Shown here: piece by piece, positions 17,988 to 28,759 of the stretch | How positions within the stretch are numbered: position 1 is the stretch's first letter | Layout: every line of letters starts with the position of its first letter | Source: a bacterium | GTDB lineage: Bacteria; Patescibacteriota; Minisyncoccia; Minisyncoccales; CG1-02-41-26 | Assembly (NCBI GenBank): GCA_030603395.1 | Contig: JAUVXX010000001.1 | Location: 29,822-93,821 of the forward strand | Length of the DNA: 64,000 nucleotides | Direction: 5' to 3' | Made by a program: the position numbers and the translations under genes | The notes under the pieces: model-generated | What the model was told of the DNA's origin: nothing | Databases searched by the model: none | What the model saw: the letters and a program-made list of their open reading frames with translations, nothing else

Positions 17988-19393
17988 TTTTTAAATATTT
18001 TTAATGCTTCAGGAGTTTCAAATTTTCGGAATAAATAATCTAAGATGCTTTTGTTTACCTGACAGCGAAAGTTATTGGGAGCTTGAGCAAAGATGTTGCC
18101 TTCTTCAGAATAGTTAAACACCGGACAAACTCCGCAATAAGGCAGGTAAACACAATCACTGCATCCGGTAAGCCCTTCCAACGTAGAGGCAAGGCAAAGA
18201 GATTTAGTAACCTCAGAAGAAATAATTTCTTTATAGGTATTTTTATGAACGTTGCCCAGTTTAAAAGTTCCATCTCCCATCTGTCCCAGCATTCTCCCCT
18301 CATCACAAGTATAAACATCTCCGTTGTAGTGGTAAGCTAGCTGACCAATACCAGCCCCACAGGGTGAACGAAGGTCCAAAAAATTAGGGTCATTATCAGT
18401 GAATGCTTTCTGAGCGATCATTTTAGCTATTCTCTCTCTGATGTCTATTCCCCGAAGATTCAATTCTATTATATAATCTAATGCCTTTTTATAAAAAGTA
18501 ACAAAGTCCTGGGCGCTGTAGCCAAGCAGTTTTTGAAGCCCCTTTGCCATACCGAAAGGGTTAAGCGGTCTTAAGTGAATATCCCTCAAGCCCAGCTTTA
18601 CGTACTCATCAACGATTTCTTTCCATAAGGGAAGCGAATCTCCCGTAGTGGTAATAAGAGCGTTTACTTGATAATGCAGGTCTTTGTATTTTTTCTTTGT
18701 TTTTTTAATTCCCTGACAAGTAGCGCGATAACTGCTTTTTCCATCAAGTTTCGGCCTGTTTTTGTTGTGAAGTTTCTCCGGCCCATCCAGAGAGCTGCAA
18801 ATAGAAATCTTTTTGCCGTGAAGCCAATTCAATTTTTTATCATCTAAAAGACTTAGGGTGGAAACAAGACTGAACCTTAACTCTTTCTTTGCTTTTTTAT
18901 TTTTCTCAAGCACCCGATTGACAATGAATTTAACTATGCCAAAGTTGGCCAATGGTTCCCCTCCCTGAAATTCAACGTTAATAAAGGGGGAGGTGGTTTC
19001 AAAAATCATATCCACTACTTTCTTAGCTGTTGGCTCTTGCATGTCCAAATCAGTTCTGGTCATATTTTTAGACGAAGCATGGCAGTATCTGCAGGCATGG
19101 TCGCAGCGAAGAGTAACCACAATAATATGAAGACCGGGTCCCTGACTTAGATATTTGCCGCGATAGCTGGCGTATCTGTTAGTTAATCTTGCTTGACAGT
19201 TTTCACAGCGCCACGATTTAGAAGTAAAGTGCTTTTTGTCTAATTCTTTGTAAACAGAGGCCTCTTCTTTAAGTTTCCCTTCTTTAAAATTTTTAAAGTC
19301 CTTTTTTTGGAGAAAAATAAAATCGCCAAGATCATTGGTCAGGAGATATTTTTGTCCTAATTTTTTAAAACGGAAAAAACCTGTCTTAATCAT
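17972..19393 (-). CDS. hxsB: His-Xaa-Ser system radical SAM maturase HxsB
   Basis: LHIIVVTLRCDHACRYCHAS, EFQGGEPL, DLRSPCGAGIGQLAY, TCDEGRM, CSDCVYLPYCGVCP; adjacent to hxsD. Confidence 0.92.
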   Translation of the reverse strand: MIKTGFFRFKKLGQKYLLTNDLGDFIFLQKKDFKNFKEGKLKEEASVYKELDKKHFTSKSWRCENCQARLTNRYASYRGKYLSQGPGLHIIVVTLRCDHACRYCHASSKNMTRTDLDMQEPTAKKVVDMIFETTSPFINVEFQGGEPLANFGIVKFIVNRVLEKNKKAKKELRFSLVSTLSLLDDKKLNWLHGKKISICSSLDGPEKLHNKNRPKLDGKSSYRATCQGIKKTKKKYKDLHYQVNALITTTGDSLPLWKEIVDEYVKLGLRDIHLRPLNPFGMAKGLQKLLGYSAQDFVTFYKKALDYIIELNLRGIDIRERIAKMIAQKAFTDNDPNFLDLRSPCGAGIGQLAYHYNGDVYTCDEGRMLGQMGDGTFKLGNVHKNTYKEIISSEVTKSLCLASTLEGLTGCSDCVYLPYCGVCPVFNYSEEGNIFAQAPNNFRCQVNKSILDYLFRKFETPEALKIFKKWLSK

Positions 19394-19590
19394 TGTTTCA
19401 TCATAGCTAAAACATAATTACAAAATTCATCTTCAATTTTTCTCTTGGCGGTCGGTACTATATTCTCTAACTTTACGGTGATTACTTTTTTATTCTGACT
19501 TATTTTAAAATCTGCCAGCCCTTGATAGGCCTGGCTGGCTTTTTCGACAGTTTTAAGGTTATAGAAATTTTTGTTAAACCTTATCGTCAT
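19390..19590 (-). CDS. HxsD-like small protein
   Basis: FNKNFY...AY...DEFCNYVL resembles the N-terminal fold of the HxsD neighbour. Confidence 0.75.
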   Translation of the reverse strand: MTIRFNKNFYNLKTVEKASQAYQGLADFKISQNKKVITVKLENIVPTAKRKIEDEFCNYVLAMMKQ

Positions 19591-19596
19591 AACCTT

Positions 19597-20028
19597 TTAT
19601 TTCTTTTCCCCATACTTTTCCTCCCAGGGCACGGCAATGCCCAGAGGATCACTCTCAATATGTTCTTCTTCTGATGTTTCTTCCGAGGGAAAAGCCGAGA
19701 ACAATGCTTTTTCCACAATGGTTTCTCTTATCTTCTTGGTGTTTTTAGCGATGGCCGTTCTTAAAACATAATCTAAAAGTTCATTTTTAAACTCTCCGGC
19801 GAGCTCTTCCAATTTTTTAGAGTCAAGCTTTCGCTTTCCTTCTATAAAAACTTTAATTTCTTTCTTGGGGTCGCCATCTAAAAACAAATATGCTCGGTCA
19901 ACAAAAACATAACAAGCTCCATAGATGGCTTCCAATGGATAAATTTTGGGGTTAAGTGAAATCACCAGCTGGCCATTTTGTTTTTGAGTTTTTATGGTCT
20001 TGATATTCCTTCTATTTTTTGAAGACAT
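19597..20028 (-). CDS. hxsD: His-Xaa-Ser system protein HxsD
   Basis: IYPLEAIYGACYVFVDRAY and EFKNELLDYVLR (LLNDYxLR-type signature); C-terminal DPLGIAVPWEEKY. Confidence 0.88.
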   Translation of the reverse strand: MSSKNRRNIKTIKTQKQNGQLVISLNPKIYPLEAIYGACYVFVDRAYLFLDGDPKKEIKVFIEGKRKLDSKKLEELAGEFKNELLDYVLRTAIAKNTKKIRETIVEKALFSAFPSEETSEEEHIESDPLGIAVPWEEKYGEKK

Positions 20029-20034
20029 AAGCGT

Positions 20035-20409
20035 TTATTCTCCTGGAAGATTCATAAACTTGCTTATCTTGATAGCGGTAAACTGGTCAAGTTCATTTAC
20101 TTTTTCGTAGGTTGATTCTTCGGTACCGATTACCACCGGGTCTCCTTTTTTAAGTTGCGAAAACTTCAGGGGAGATTCTTTTTTAGTAGTCATATCATAG
20201 AGAACAATCTCTGTCTTTGAAGTAAGCTTAATGGTTTTTTTCAGAGAAGAAGCTTTGGCCGTACTAATTTTTGAGGTATCAGCATCCAAGATGAAACTGG
20301 TTGGACCTGAATAGTCAATTTCTGATATTTGTCCCTCTATAAGATTATGGGGATACTCTTCAGTAGAAGAGGAATTCTTTGATTGTGGCCGCTTTTTTTC
20401 TTTTGCCAT
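20035..20409 (-). CDS. Hypothetical protein, soluble paralog of 12327-12791
   Basis: YPHNLIEG...ESTYEKVNELDQFTAIKI; no TM helix. Confidence 0.75.
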   Translation of the reverse strand: MAKEKKRPQSKNSSSTEEYPHNLIEGQISEIDYSGPTSFILDADTSKISTAKASSLKKTIKLTSKTEIVLYDMTTKKESPLKFSQLKKGDPVVIGTEESTYEKVNELDQFTAIKISKFMNLPGE

Positions 20410-20427
20410 ATTCTTTGTTATTAACCT

Positions 20428-21012
20428 TTATTTTTTCCCTTTGATGACTTCGTCAATGATACCGTACTTTTTTGCCTCTTCGGCCGACAAGTAAAAGTCC
20501 CGGTCGGTGTCTTTTCCTACTTTATTTAAGGGTTGGCCGGTATGTTTGGCTAAAATCTGATTAAGCTTTTGCTTAATCTTCAAAATCTGTCTTGCCCCAA
20601 TTTCAATCTCGGTTGCCTGTCCGGTAATTCCTCCAGCAACCTGGTGTAAAAGAATTTCTGAATTGGGCAGGGCAAATCTCTTGCCTTTGGCTCCCGCTGC
20701 CAGCAAGGTTGCTCCCATGGAACCAGCCAAACCCACACAGATAGTTGAAACATCACAATCTATATATTGGATGGTGTCGTAGATTGCCAAGCCGGCTGTC
20801 ACCGAACCTCCGGGAGTGTTGATATAGAGTTTAATATCTCGATGAGAGTCCTTGGAAGCCAAAAGTAAAATTTCAGCTATGACTAAATTTGCCAAAGGGT
20901 CACTAATTGGTCCTGACAAAAAAATTATTCTTTCTTCCAGCAATTTTGAGAAAATATCGTAAAACCGCTCTCCCCTTTGTGTTTTTTCAATAATGGTTGG
21001 AATAATAGGCAT
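20428..21012 (-). CDS. clpP: ATP-dependent Clp protease proteolytic subunit
   Basis: [38 protein letters not shown]; likely start MPIIP. Confidence 0.97.
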   Translation of the reverse strand: MPIIPTIIEKTQRGERFYDIFSKLLEERIIFLSGPISDPLANLVIAEILLLASKDSHRDIKLYINTPGGSVTAGLAIYDTIQYIDCDVSTICVGLAGSMGATLLAAGAKGKRFALPNSEILLHQVAGGITGQATEIEIGARQILKIKQKLNQILAKHTGQPLNKVGKDTDRDFYLSAEEAKKYGIIDEVIKGKK

Positions 21013-21019
21013 AGATTGG

Positions 21020-22294
21020 TCATTTCGAGAAGTTTTCGAGTCTCTCAAAAATCTTCTCGTTATATAGTATACCTCTATAATACTCTTTGAGACGGTCTAT
21101 GTCAATTTCCTTTTTGGCTTGGTTAATTCCTGGATAATTTTTTAAAAATCCATTGGCAGCAGTCTTTATTTCTTCTTCAGAAACCACAATTTTTTCTTTT
21201 TTGCCGAGCTCTCTTAAAATCAAGAGGTTTTTAACTTTTTTCTGGGCTTCTTCTGAAAAAGAATCTCTCAGTTCTTTCTCTGTTTTTTGAATTTTCTTCA
21301 GATAATCCTCAAAGCTCATTTTAAGCTCTTGAACCGCTTCCTTTTTGAGGTTGTCCAGTATCCTGTCTTTTTCCAAATCAATTAAAACCTGGGGAATTTC
21401 AAATTTCAGGGCCCCTGATATTTTTTCTAAAATTTCCGTTCTCCGTCTCTGGGTCTCTTTGGTTGTTTTTTCTTTCCTGATACCCTTTCTGATACCTTGC
21501 TTGAGTTCTTCTAAGTTTTTAAACTCCCCTAAATTTTGAGCGAAATCATCATTTAATTCGGGAAGCTCCATTTGTTGGACTTTTTTAACTTTAACTCTAA
21601 AATTAACTTTCCTGTCAGCCAATCCTTTTTTAAAATAATCTTTTGGGAAATGAACAATAAACTCTTTCTTTTGACCAGCCCCCATCCCTTCCAGATTACT
21701 CTCAAACCCTGGCACAAATTGTCCTTTAGCCAGCAAAAACCCGTCTTGAAAAACTTTATCATTTTCAATCTGGGGGCTCTTGTACTCAATCTCCATAAAA
21801 TCCCCTTGTTGAGCCGCTCTGTCCAAATCCTTAAAACTGGCTCTTGACCTTGCCAGAAATTTCAAAGCATCCTCCACCTCTTTGGCTTCAATTGAAACTT
21901 CTTTTTTCTCCACTTCAGAGGCAATCTTTTGGCAATCGGGCAATGGTATCTCAGGTAAAACATTGACCCTAATTCTGAAAGAAAAAGGATTGTCTCTGGC
22001 TAATTTTAAAATTTCAACTTGAGGCGTATCAATAACTTCAAGTTTTTTTTCAAAGACTAATCTGGGATATTTGTTTTTGACGACAAGTTCGGCAGCTTCC
22101 GCTAAAATTCTCTCCTTACCAATCTCTCTCTCAATCATTTCTCTGGGAACTTTACCCTGCCGAAAACCCTTAAATTTTAAATTCTTACCCAAGTCCTGAG
22201 CGGCCCTGTCTAAATAAGGAAAAAATTCCTGCCAGGGAACTTCAAACAAAATCTCAACTTTTGAGTTGGGTAATTTTTTAATCGAGGCTTTCAT
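21020..22294 (-). CDS. tig: Trigger factor
   Basis: GFRQGKVP ribosome-binding motif, FVPGFE FKBP segment; upstream of clpP. Confidence 0.96.
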   Translation of the reverse strand: MKASIKKLPNSKVEILFEVPWQEFFPYLDRAAQDLGKNLKFKGFRQGKVPREMIEREIGKERILAEAAELVVKNKYPRLVFEKKLEVIDTPQVEILKLARDNPFSFRIRVNVLPEIPLPDCQKIASEVEKKEVSIEAKEVEDALKFLARSRASFKDLDRAAQQGDFMEIEYKSPQIENDKVFQDGFLLAKGQFVPGFESNLEGMGAGQKKEFIVHFPKDYFKKGLADRKVNFRVKVKKVQQMELPELNDDFAQNLGEFKNLEELKQGIRKGIRKEKTTKETQRRRTEILEKISGALKFEIPQVLIDLEKDRILDNLKKEAVQELKMSFEDYLKKIQKTEKELRDSFSEEAQKKVKNLLILRELGKKEKIVVSEEEIKTAANGFLKNYPGINQAKKEIDIDRLKEYYRGILYNEKIFERLENFSK

Positions 22295-22347
22295 AACGAC
22301 TACGAAATACGAAAGAGTACGAATATACGAATATCCTATAAGGGCGA

Positions 22348-22407
22348 GCTAATCAACATTTTTTCAGCATGGGCGTGGGGGGGGCGCTGAAAAAATGTTA
22401 GGTTAGC
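22348..22407. terminator. Long hairpin between hppA and tig
   Basis: AACATTTTTTCAGC...GCTGAAAAAATGTT perfect 14-bp stem, extendable with GCTAA/TTAGC. Confidence 0.55.
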
Positions 22408-22425
22408 GAGCGCCTAGGTCAAAGT

Positions 22426-24414
22426 TTAGCTAAATAATAAGAAGAGGGGAATGAAGATTAGAGAAACTACTCCTACCACCTTGATTAAAATGTTCAGAGA
22501 AGGACCGGCGGTGTCTTTGAAAGGATCCCCAACCGTATCTCCTATCACACTTGCCTTATGGGCTCCTGAACCCTTGCCTCCCAAATTGCCAGCCTCAATG
22601 TATTTTTTGGCATTGTCCCAAGCTCCACCAGCATTAGCCATCATCACAGCTAAGAGAAACCCGGTAATCAAAGTTCCCACCAAGAGCCCGGCTAAAGATT
22701 CAAGCCCTAAAAATATTCCCACCAAAATTGGAACCAAAATTGCTACCATTCCCGGCAGAATCATTGATTTTAAAGCTCTTTGAGTAGTGATATCTACACA
22801 TCTGGCATAATCGGGCTTGGCTTTTCCTTCCATCAAACCGGGGATTTCTCTGAATTGACGCCGCACCTCCTCAACCACGATAAAGGCACCCCGACTGACG
22901 GCTCGTATAGCCAGGCTTGAAAAAAGAAAAGGCAGGGCAGCTCCGATAAACAACCCTCCTATGACTTCCGGGGTGATAAGGAAAAGGGTTTCCAAGTTGG
23001 CAGCCTTGGCAAAAACAGCCAACCAGGCCAAGGCAGCGAGAGCCGCCGACCCAATAGCAAAACCCTTCCCGGTGGCGGCTGTAGTATTGCCAACCGAATC
23101 CAAAGCATCGGTCCTTTTCCTGACTATCTCTGGAAGCGAGGCCATCTCAGCGATACCGGCCGCATTATCAACCACCGGCCCGTAGCAATCGGCCGACAAA
23201 TTAATTCCCAGAACCGACAAAATACCCACCGAAGAAACAGCAATACCAAAGAGCCCGGCAAACTTGTAAACCAAAATCATACCTATGCCTACCCCGATAG
23301 CCGGTATAACCACGCTGACCAAGCCCTGAGAAAAACCTTCCAAAATGTTTAAGGAAGGTCCGCTTTGCGAAGATTTGGCAATGCTCATAACCGGCGAGTA
23401 CTTATCTGAAGTATAATACTGGATGGAGAAACTGAGCAAAATACCAATGGCCAAGCCAACGACCACCGCCCAAAAGACCCCCAAATCTCCCAAGATATAT
23501 TGAGCGATAAAATAGGCAGCTATGACCATCAAGCCATTGGCAAAAATCATTCCTTTTTGCATGGCTTGACGAATTTTTTCGGTCTGCTGTTGAAAGTTAA
23601 GTTCGGTTTCCTCCTTTTTTATTTTAACCAAAAAACTTCCCGCCATTGAAGCCAAGATTCCGGCTGAAGCCAAAAGAATGGGGAAGATAAATCCTCGCAC
23701 CCCATAAAGAGGCACTCCCAGCACGGTGGTGGCGGCAATGGCTGAAACATAAGATTCGAAAAGGTCTGAACCCATGCCGGCTATGTCCCCCACGTTATCT
23801 CCTACCGCATCGGCAATGACGGCTGGGTTTCGGGGATCATCCTCTGGTATCCCTTTCTCTATCTTGCCGACCAAATCAGCGCCAATATCGGCTGATTTAG
23901 TGTACATTCCCCCACCAACCCTCAAAAAAAGAGCAATCAAAGAACAACCAAAAGCGAAACTTATCAAAACCCCTGGCGTTTTAAATAAAAGCCAAACCAG
24001 GATTATTCCTAAAAGTCCCAGGGAGGTCACAAACATTCCGGTGATGGTCCCTCCGCGAAAAGCTATTCGAAAAGCCCCTGAAAGAGATTTGAGGGCAGCA
24101 TTGGTAACCCTGCCATTACTTTTGGTGGCGACCAGCATTCCCAGAAATCCGGCCGTAGCTGAAAGTCCAGCCCCCATTAAGAAGGTCATGGCTTGCCTAA
24201 AATCAATTGCTATTCCCAAAACCAAAGCAATAAAAATTAGAATCAAGAATAAAATCTTGAATTCTCTCCTGAGAAAAGTCATGGCTCCTTCTCGGATAGC
24301 CAGGGAAATCTCAGCTATTTTTTCGGAGCCCTCGGGGTTTTTTTTAATTCCTAAAAATAAAAAAAGTCCGAAAACAAAAGCAAAAATAGAAATAATAAGT
24401 GGTAAAAATAACAT
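22426..24414 (-). CDS. hppA: Membrane Na+/H+-translocating pyrophosphatase, K+-dependent type
   Basis: [41 protein letters not shown] (Ala at the K+ determinant), [10 protein letters not shown]. Confidence 0.96.
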   Translation of the reverse strand: MLFLPLIISIFAFVFGLFLFLGIKKNPEGSEKIAEISLAIREGAMTFLRREFKILFLILIFIALVLGIAIDFRQAMTFLMGAGLSATAGFLGMLVATKSNGRVTNAALKSLSGAFRIAFRGGTITGMFVTSLGLLGIILVWLLFKTPGVLISFAFGCSLIALFLRVGGGMYTKSADIGADLVGKIEKGIPEDDPRNPAVIADAVGDNVGDIAGMGSDLFESYVSAIAATTVLGVPLYGVRGFIFPILLASAGILASMAGSFLVKIKKEETELNFQQQTEKIRQAMQKGMIFANGLMVIAAYFIAQYILGDLGVFWAVVVGLAIGILLSFSIQYYTSDKYSPVMSIAKSSQSGPSLNILEGFSQGLVSVVIPAIGVGIGMILVYKFAGLFGIAVSSVGILSVLGINLSADCYGPVVDNAAGIAEMASLPEIVRKRTDALDSVGNTTAATGKGFAIGSAALAALAWLAVFAKAANLETLFLITPEVIGGLFIGAALPFLFSSLAIRAVSRGAFIVVEEVRRQFREIPGLMEGKAKPDYARCVDITTQRALKSMILPGMVAILVPILVGIFLGLESLAGLLVGTLITGFLLAVMMANAGGAWDNAKKYIEAGNLGGKGSGAHKASVIGDTVGDPFKDTAGPSLNILIKVVGVVSLIFIPLFLLFS

Positions 24415-24420
24415 ATTATG

Positions 24421-24777
24421 TTACTCCTGACATTTCTTGCAAAATGCCGCTTGAGGATAAGCCCTTAACCTTGCCTGAGAAATTGGTTTTTTACATTTCT
24501 CGCAGATGCCGTACTGTCCCTTCTTTATTTTCTCTAAACTATCATTTATTTTTTTCAATTCAAGCTCCAAAGTGTAGCCAACCGAAAGGATATTTCCATA
24601 TTCTTCAACTTCATCTGCTTCTTCTTCTATGCCTCCCCCGTCAAATTTAGGATAAGGAGTAATCCAATCTCCCTTAACTTTTTTACTCCTTTTACCCAGA
24701 GAGTCAAGCCGCCTCTCTAATTTCTCTTTCGCCTCCCTTAGCTTCTCTCTCAACTTTTCTTTTAATTTTTTATCCAT
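24421..24777 (-). CDS. TraR/DksA C4 zinc-finger protein
   Basis: YGICEKC...RLRAYPQAAFCKKC; EEEADE coiled-coil tip. Confidence 0.9.
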   Translation of the reverse strand: MDKKLKEKLREKLREAKEKLERRLDSLGKRSKKVKGDWITPYPKFDGGGIEEEADEVEEYGNILSVGYTLELELKKINDSLEKIKKGQYGICEKCKKPISQARLRAYPQAAFCKKCQE

Positions 24778-24780
24778 ATA

Positions 24781-26652
24781 TTAGAGATACCGGTGTAAAA
24801 GCAAGTACAAAGCCACCCCCACTCCAATTACCAAAAGGAAAATCAGGACTCTCATTAAAAGCTTCTCTGAAGAGGAAGGTTCTCTGACGATGGGCCTGAA
24901 GACAATCTCTCTTTTCGTTCCCTTCGCCTTTAAGGAAGGCTTTGACCTTTTTCCTTTCTTTTCCTCTCCTCCGGAAACCCTGGCCAAAAACCTTTCCCTC
25001 TCTTCTTCTTCCCCTGAAGAAATTTTAGTCAATTTCTTTAAGATTTCCTCCTTGGAGACAGGTCCTTTAACCTCAACCTCCTTCTTTCCCTCTTCTTTGG
25101 CTCTCTCTCGAACTTCCCTCAGTTTCTTTTCCTCCTCCAAAACCCTTCTTCTTGCTTCTTCAAACTGCTTCTCTTCTTCCTTTTTTTCTTCCTCTTCCAT
25201 TCTTCTTTTTTCTTCCTCCGCCTCTCTCTCTGCCTTCTCCCTTTCTTCTTTTTCTTCAACCTCCCCTAGCTTCTTCTCCGGCTCTCTTTCTCCGAGCACT
25301 TTTTCTTCGGGAACTCTTTTCTCAGGAGCTTCTTTCTCTTCCTCTTGAGCAATTATTTTTTCTCCCTCCTCAATACCAAATTCAAGCAAGGTATCAATTT
25401 CTTCCTTTCTTTGGGAGAGAACGCCTTGTTTTTGAGAAAGGTTTTCTATATTAAGGTCAATTTCTCCGATTTTCTCGTCAACTCTCTTGATTTCTCTTTC
25501 TAATCCCCATCTCTGTTTCTCAATTTCTTTTCTCTCATCTCCGATTTTCCACTTGAGCTTACCAAACTTTCTTCTTTCAGAGAACGTTTCAGCGGCTTTT
25601 TCTTGCTCCGAAATCCTCTTTTTCTCTTCTTCAATCTCTCTCTCTCTTTCTCGAACTTGGCCGAGCTCGCTCTCAATCTCTTTCCTTTTCACCTCAATTT
25701 CCGTTCTCACCCCCAGTAATTCTTTTTTGGCTCCCTCAAGTTGTTCCATCTCTTTGGCTATCCTTTCCCTTTCTTCCCGGAGTCCTATCTCTTTGAGAAC
25801 CTTTGAAATTTCTTCTTGCTTGTCTTGCAAATCTTTTTCTTGGCTAGAAACTTTCCCTAAAGAGTCCTCAATGTTCTTCAATTTCCCTCTCAGACCACCA
25901 ACTTTCCTCTCTTCTTCCCATCTTGCCTGTTCCATCCCTTTCTCTTGTTTCTCAAGAATCCATCGCTTACTTTCTATCCGGTGAATCTTCTCTGGGGTTT
26001 CAGCAGCTCCTTCTTTCTCTTCAATTAACTGGAGCTTTTTTTCAAGCTGTCTTTCTCTTGCTAAAATCTTCTCCAATGATAATTTCTGCTGATTTAATCT
26101 CTTCCGGAGATTATCTCTTACTCCTTCCAAGGGTCTTCTCTTTTCAGGGAAAGTTCCAAGAAGTTTGCTAATCTCAGATTTTTGAACGAGCAATTCGTTC
26201 TTTTTCTTTTCCCTTTCTTTCTTTTCCTCAATTCTCCCCTTTCTTTCCTCCTCTAATTTCTCTTTTGCCTCCTGAGCCCTTCTTCTGACTTCCTCAATTG
26301 CTTCTTTCTCTCCCATTAAGACCCTTTCTTTCTCAACCTCTCCCCGCCTTCTTTCCTCCTCAGCCTTGGCTCTTCCTCTTATTTCTTCGGCTGCAGCCCC
26401 CTCTCTTCTTTTTTGCTCCTCTTTCCTTTTTTCTCCCTCAAGTCTTTCTCTCTTTCTTTCTTCGATCTCCTTAACTATTTTCTCCTCTATTTTCTCCCCT
26501 ATTTTCTCCCTGACAACTTTTTTCTCGGGAATTTTCTTTTTCTTCAATCTCTGGATATCTTCTTCCATGGTTAAAAACATTCCCTTCTCCAGAATCTGAG
26601 AAGTCTTTTTTTGGCGGAGCAAATCTACTTTTTTATCTGGTTCTTGAGCCAT
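24781..26652 (-). CDS. E/K/R-rich coiled-coil protein with C-terminal TM anchor
   Basis: Long charged helical sequence with an internal repeat (KRW..E..R..E..RW) and a hydrophobic tail. Confidence 0.8.
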   Translation of the reverse strand: MAQEPDKKVDLLRQKKTSQILEKGMFLTMEEDIQRLKKKKIPEKKVVREKIGEKIEEKIVKEIEERKRERLEGEKRKEEQKRREGAAAEEIRGRAKAEEERRRGEVEKERVLMGEKEAIEEVRRRAQEAKEKLEEERKGRIEEKKEREKKKNELLVQKSEISKLLGTFPEKRRPLEGVRDNLRKRLNQQKLSLEKILARERQLEKKLQLIEEKEGAAETPEKIHRIESKRWILEKQEKGMEQARWEEERKVGGLRGKLKNIEDSLGKVSSQEKDLQDKQEEISKVLKEIGLREERERIAKEMEQLEGAKKELLGVRTEIEVKRKEIESELGQVREREREIEEEKKRISEQEKAAETFSERRKFGKLKWKIGDERKEIEKQRWGLEREIKRVDEKIGEIDLNIENLSQKQGVLSQRKEEIDTLLEFGIEEGEKIIAQEEEKEAPEKRVPEEKVLGEREPEKKLGEVEEKEEREKAEREAEEEKRRMEEEEKKEEEKQFEEARRRVLEEEKKLREVRERAKEEGKKEVEVKGPVSKEEILKKLTKISSGEEEERERFLARVSGGEEKKGKRSKPSLKAKGTKREIVFRPIVREPSSSEKLLMRVLIFLLVIGVGVALYLLLHRYL

Positions 26653-28759
26653 AACCCTTGGGTTTGAAACCAGCTTGTTTTGCCGAAAGATTTATCCTCC
26701 CTAATTCATCAATTTTTATGACCTTAACCGGAATAATATCTCCGAGGCTAACCACATCAGCTACTTTGTCTATTCTTTGGGGAACAAATTCGGAAATGTG
26801 AACCATTCCCTCCTGTCCCGGGGAAACCTCAACCATTGCCCCGAAATCTAAGATTCTTTTCACCTTGCCCTGGAAAACCTCTCCTGCCTTGATTTCTTTG
26901 GTGATGCTTTTTATCCAATCAATAGCTTTTTGAGCGGCCGCTTCCTTTTCAGCGGTCACAAATACTTCTCCCGACTCTTCAATGTCAATAGCTACCTGGC
27001 AACTCTCAATTATCTCATTGATAATCTTGCCTCCCGGGCCGATGACACTACCTATCTTACTGGGGTCAATTTGCAGCCGGAAAACTTTGGGAGCAAAAGG
27101 AGAAAGCTGGGCTCTGTGCCGTGATAAAACCTTGCCGGTATTTTTCAGAACCTCCAATCTGGCTTTTTGGGCGGCTGCCAAAGCTTCTTTTAAAATTTCT
27201 TTGGTTAAACCGTCGGTCTTAACGTCCATCTGGATAACCGTGATACCCTTTTCAGTGCCGGCAACCTTAAAGTCCATATCTCCCAAAGAATCCTCGGGTC
27301 CCTGGATGTCGGTTAAAAGTTTCCAATTTTTATCTGATTCTTTAACCATGCCAATGGCAATACCGGCGGCCGGTCTTTGGATAGGCACCCCGGCATCCAT
27401 TAAAGCCAACGAAGCCCCGGAAACAGAAGCCATGCTGGTTGAACCATTAGAAGACAAAAGTTCAGAAACCACTCGGATGGTATAGGGGAATTCTTCAAAG
27501 CTTGGAAGAAGAGGGAAAAGAGCTTTCTCGGCCAACATGCCGTGGCCAATCTCCCTTCTGCCAGGCCCCCTCAAGGGTTTAACTTCACCAACCGAATATG
27601 GAGGAAAATTATAATGGTGTAAAAATCGTTTCTTGCCGACAATCTCCATGCCCTCAACGAGCTGCTGGTCTCCAGGAGCTCCCAGGGTTAAAATTGACAG
27701 AACTTTTGTTTCTCCCCGAGAAAAAAACCCGGAACCGTGAACCCGAGGTAAAAGACCAACTTCTGCCTCTATCTTCCTTATTTCGTCCAACTTCCTCCCA
27801 TCCGGCCTTCTCTCTTTCTGGAGAATGTTTTCTTTTAAAATCCTCTCTTTTTCTTTTTCAAAAACAGTTAAAGCTTGAGCAATTTTCTCTTCCCCAAACT
27901 CTTTCTCAATCTTTTCTCGGAGTTCCTCTTCCAAGCCCTTCAAATCGTTATTTCGTTTCTGTTTCTCTTTTTGGAAGAAAGCTTTTTCTAATCTCTTGGC
28001 TAAAAACTTTTTAATTTCTTTTTCAAGGTCTGGCTCAAGCACTGGTTTTTCAAGTTTAATTTTCTCTTTGCCAATTTTTTTGGCAATTTCCTTTTGAAAA
28101 TCAATCAGGGCTTTTAGATGAGGTCTGGCAAACTCAAAAGCTTCCAAAACCATTTCCTCGCTTATCTCCTCTCCCTTACCTTCAAGCATATTGATGAGAA
28201 TCTCTCCCTCCCTTTCAATTCCAGAAAAAATCAAATCCAACTCTCCCTTTTCTCTTTCCTCATAAGTGGGGTTGAGAATAAAATTGTTATCAATCTTGCC
28301 GATTCTGACCACTCCAATCGGTCCCTGCCAGGGAATTTCAGAAATTGACAAAGTTAAAGAAGCCCCCAAAAGCCCGGCGACCACCGGGTCGTTTTGAGCA
28401 TCCCAGCTTAAACAGATAGCTATCACCTGAATCTCGCTTTTGAGATTCTCTGGAAAAAGAGGACGAATAGCTCTGTCAATCATCCTTGAACTCAAGACTG
28501 CTTCGGCGCTCGGTCGTCCTTCTCTTCGGATAAAGCGGGAGCCGCCGATTCTTCCCGCAGCATAATACTTTTCTTCATAATCGCAGGTTAATGGGAAAAA
28601 TCCCAGATCTTCTCTTTCCTCTCCCATTTGGGCTGTCACCAGAACCGAGGTCTCCCCTGACTTGACCAGACAACATCCTGAGGCCTGTTCAGCCAATCCT
28701 CCAAATTCCACCTTAATTTCTTTTTCTGCTAATTTTATTTGAAAAGAATCTTTTTGCAT
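26633..28759 (-). CDS. pnp: Polyribonucleotide nucleotidyltransferase
   Basis: RRPDGR, HYNFPPYSVGE, SNGSTSMAS, GDMDFKVAG; KH and S1 domains. Confidence 0.98.
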   Translation of the reverse strand: MQKDSFQIKLAEKEIKVEFGGLAEQASGCCLVKSGETSVLVTAQMGEEREDLGFFPLTCDYEEKYYAAGRIGGSRFIRREGRPSAEAVLSSRMIDRAIRPLFPENLKSEIQVIAICLSWDAQNDPVVAGLLGASLTLSISEIPWQGPIGVVRIGKIDNNFILNPTYEEREKGELDLIFSGIEREGEILINMLEGKGEEISEEMVLEAFEFARPHLKALIDFQKEIAKKIGKEKIKLEKPVLEPDLEKEIKKFLAKRLEKAFFQKEKQKRNNDLKGLEEELREKIEKEFGEEKIAQALTVFEKEKERILKENILQKERRPDGRKLDEIRKIEAEVGLLPRVHGSGFFSRGETKVLSILTLGAPGDQQLVEGMEIVGKKRFLHHYNFPPYSVGEVKPLRGPGRREIGHGMLAEKALFPLLPSFEEFPYTIRVVSELLSSNGSTSMASVSGASLALMDAGVPIQRPAAGIAIGMVKESDKNWKLLTDIQGPEDSLGDMDFKVAGTEKGITVIQMDVKTDGLTKEILKEALAAAQKARLEVLKNTGKVLSRHRAQLSPFAPKVFRLQIDPSKIGSVIGPGGKIINEIIESCQVAIDIEESGEVFVTAEKEAAAQKAIDWIKSITKEIKAGEVFQGKVKRILDFGAMVEVSPGQEGMVHISEFVPQRIDKVADVVSLGDIIPVKVIKIDELGRINLSAKQAGFKPKGYGSRTR

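Noticed and set aside
24781-26652. SMC-like ATPase or phage tape-measure protein
   Set aside because: No Walker motifs and no phage genes; only a low-complexity coiled coil with a TM tail.
22451-28348. Antisense ORFs within hppA, the coiled-coil gene and pnp
   Set aside because: Shadows of well-supported genes, with no motifs of their own.
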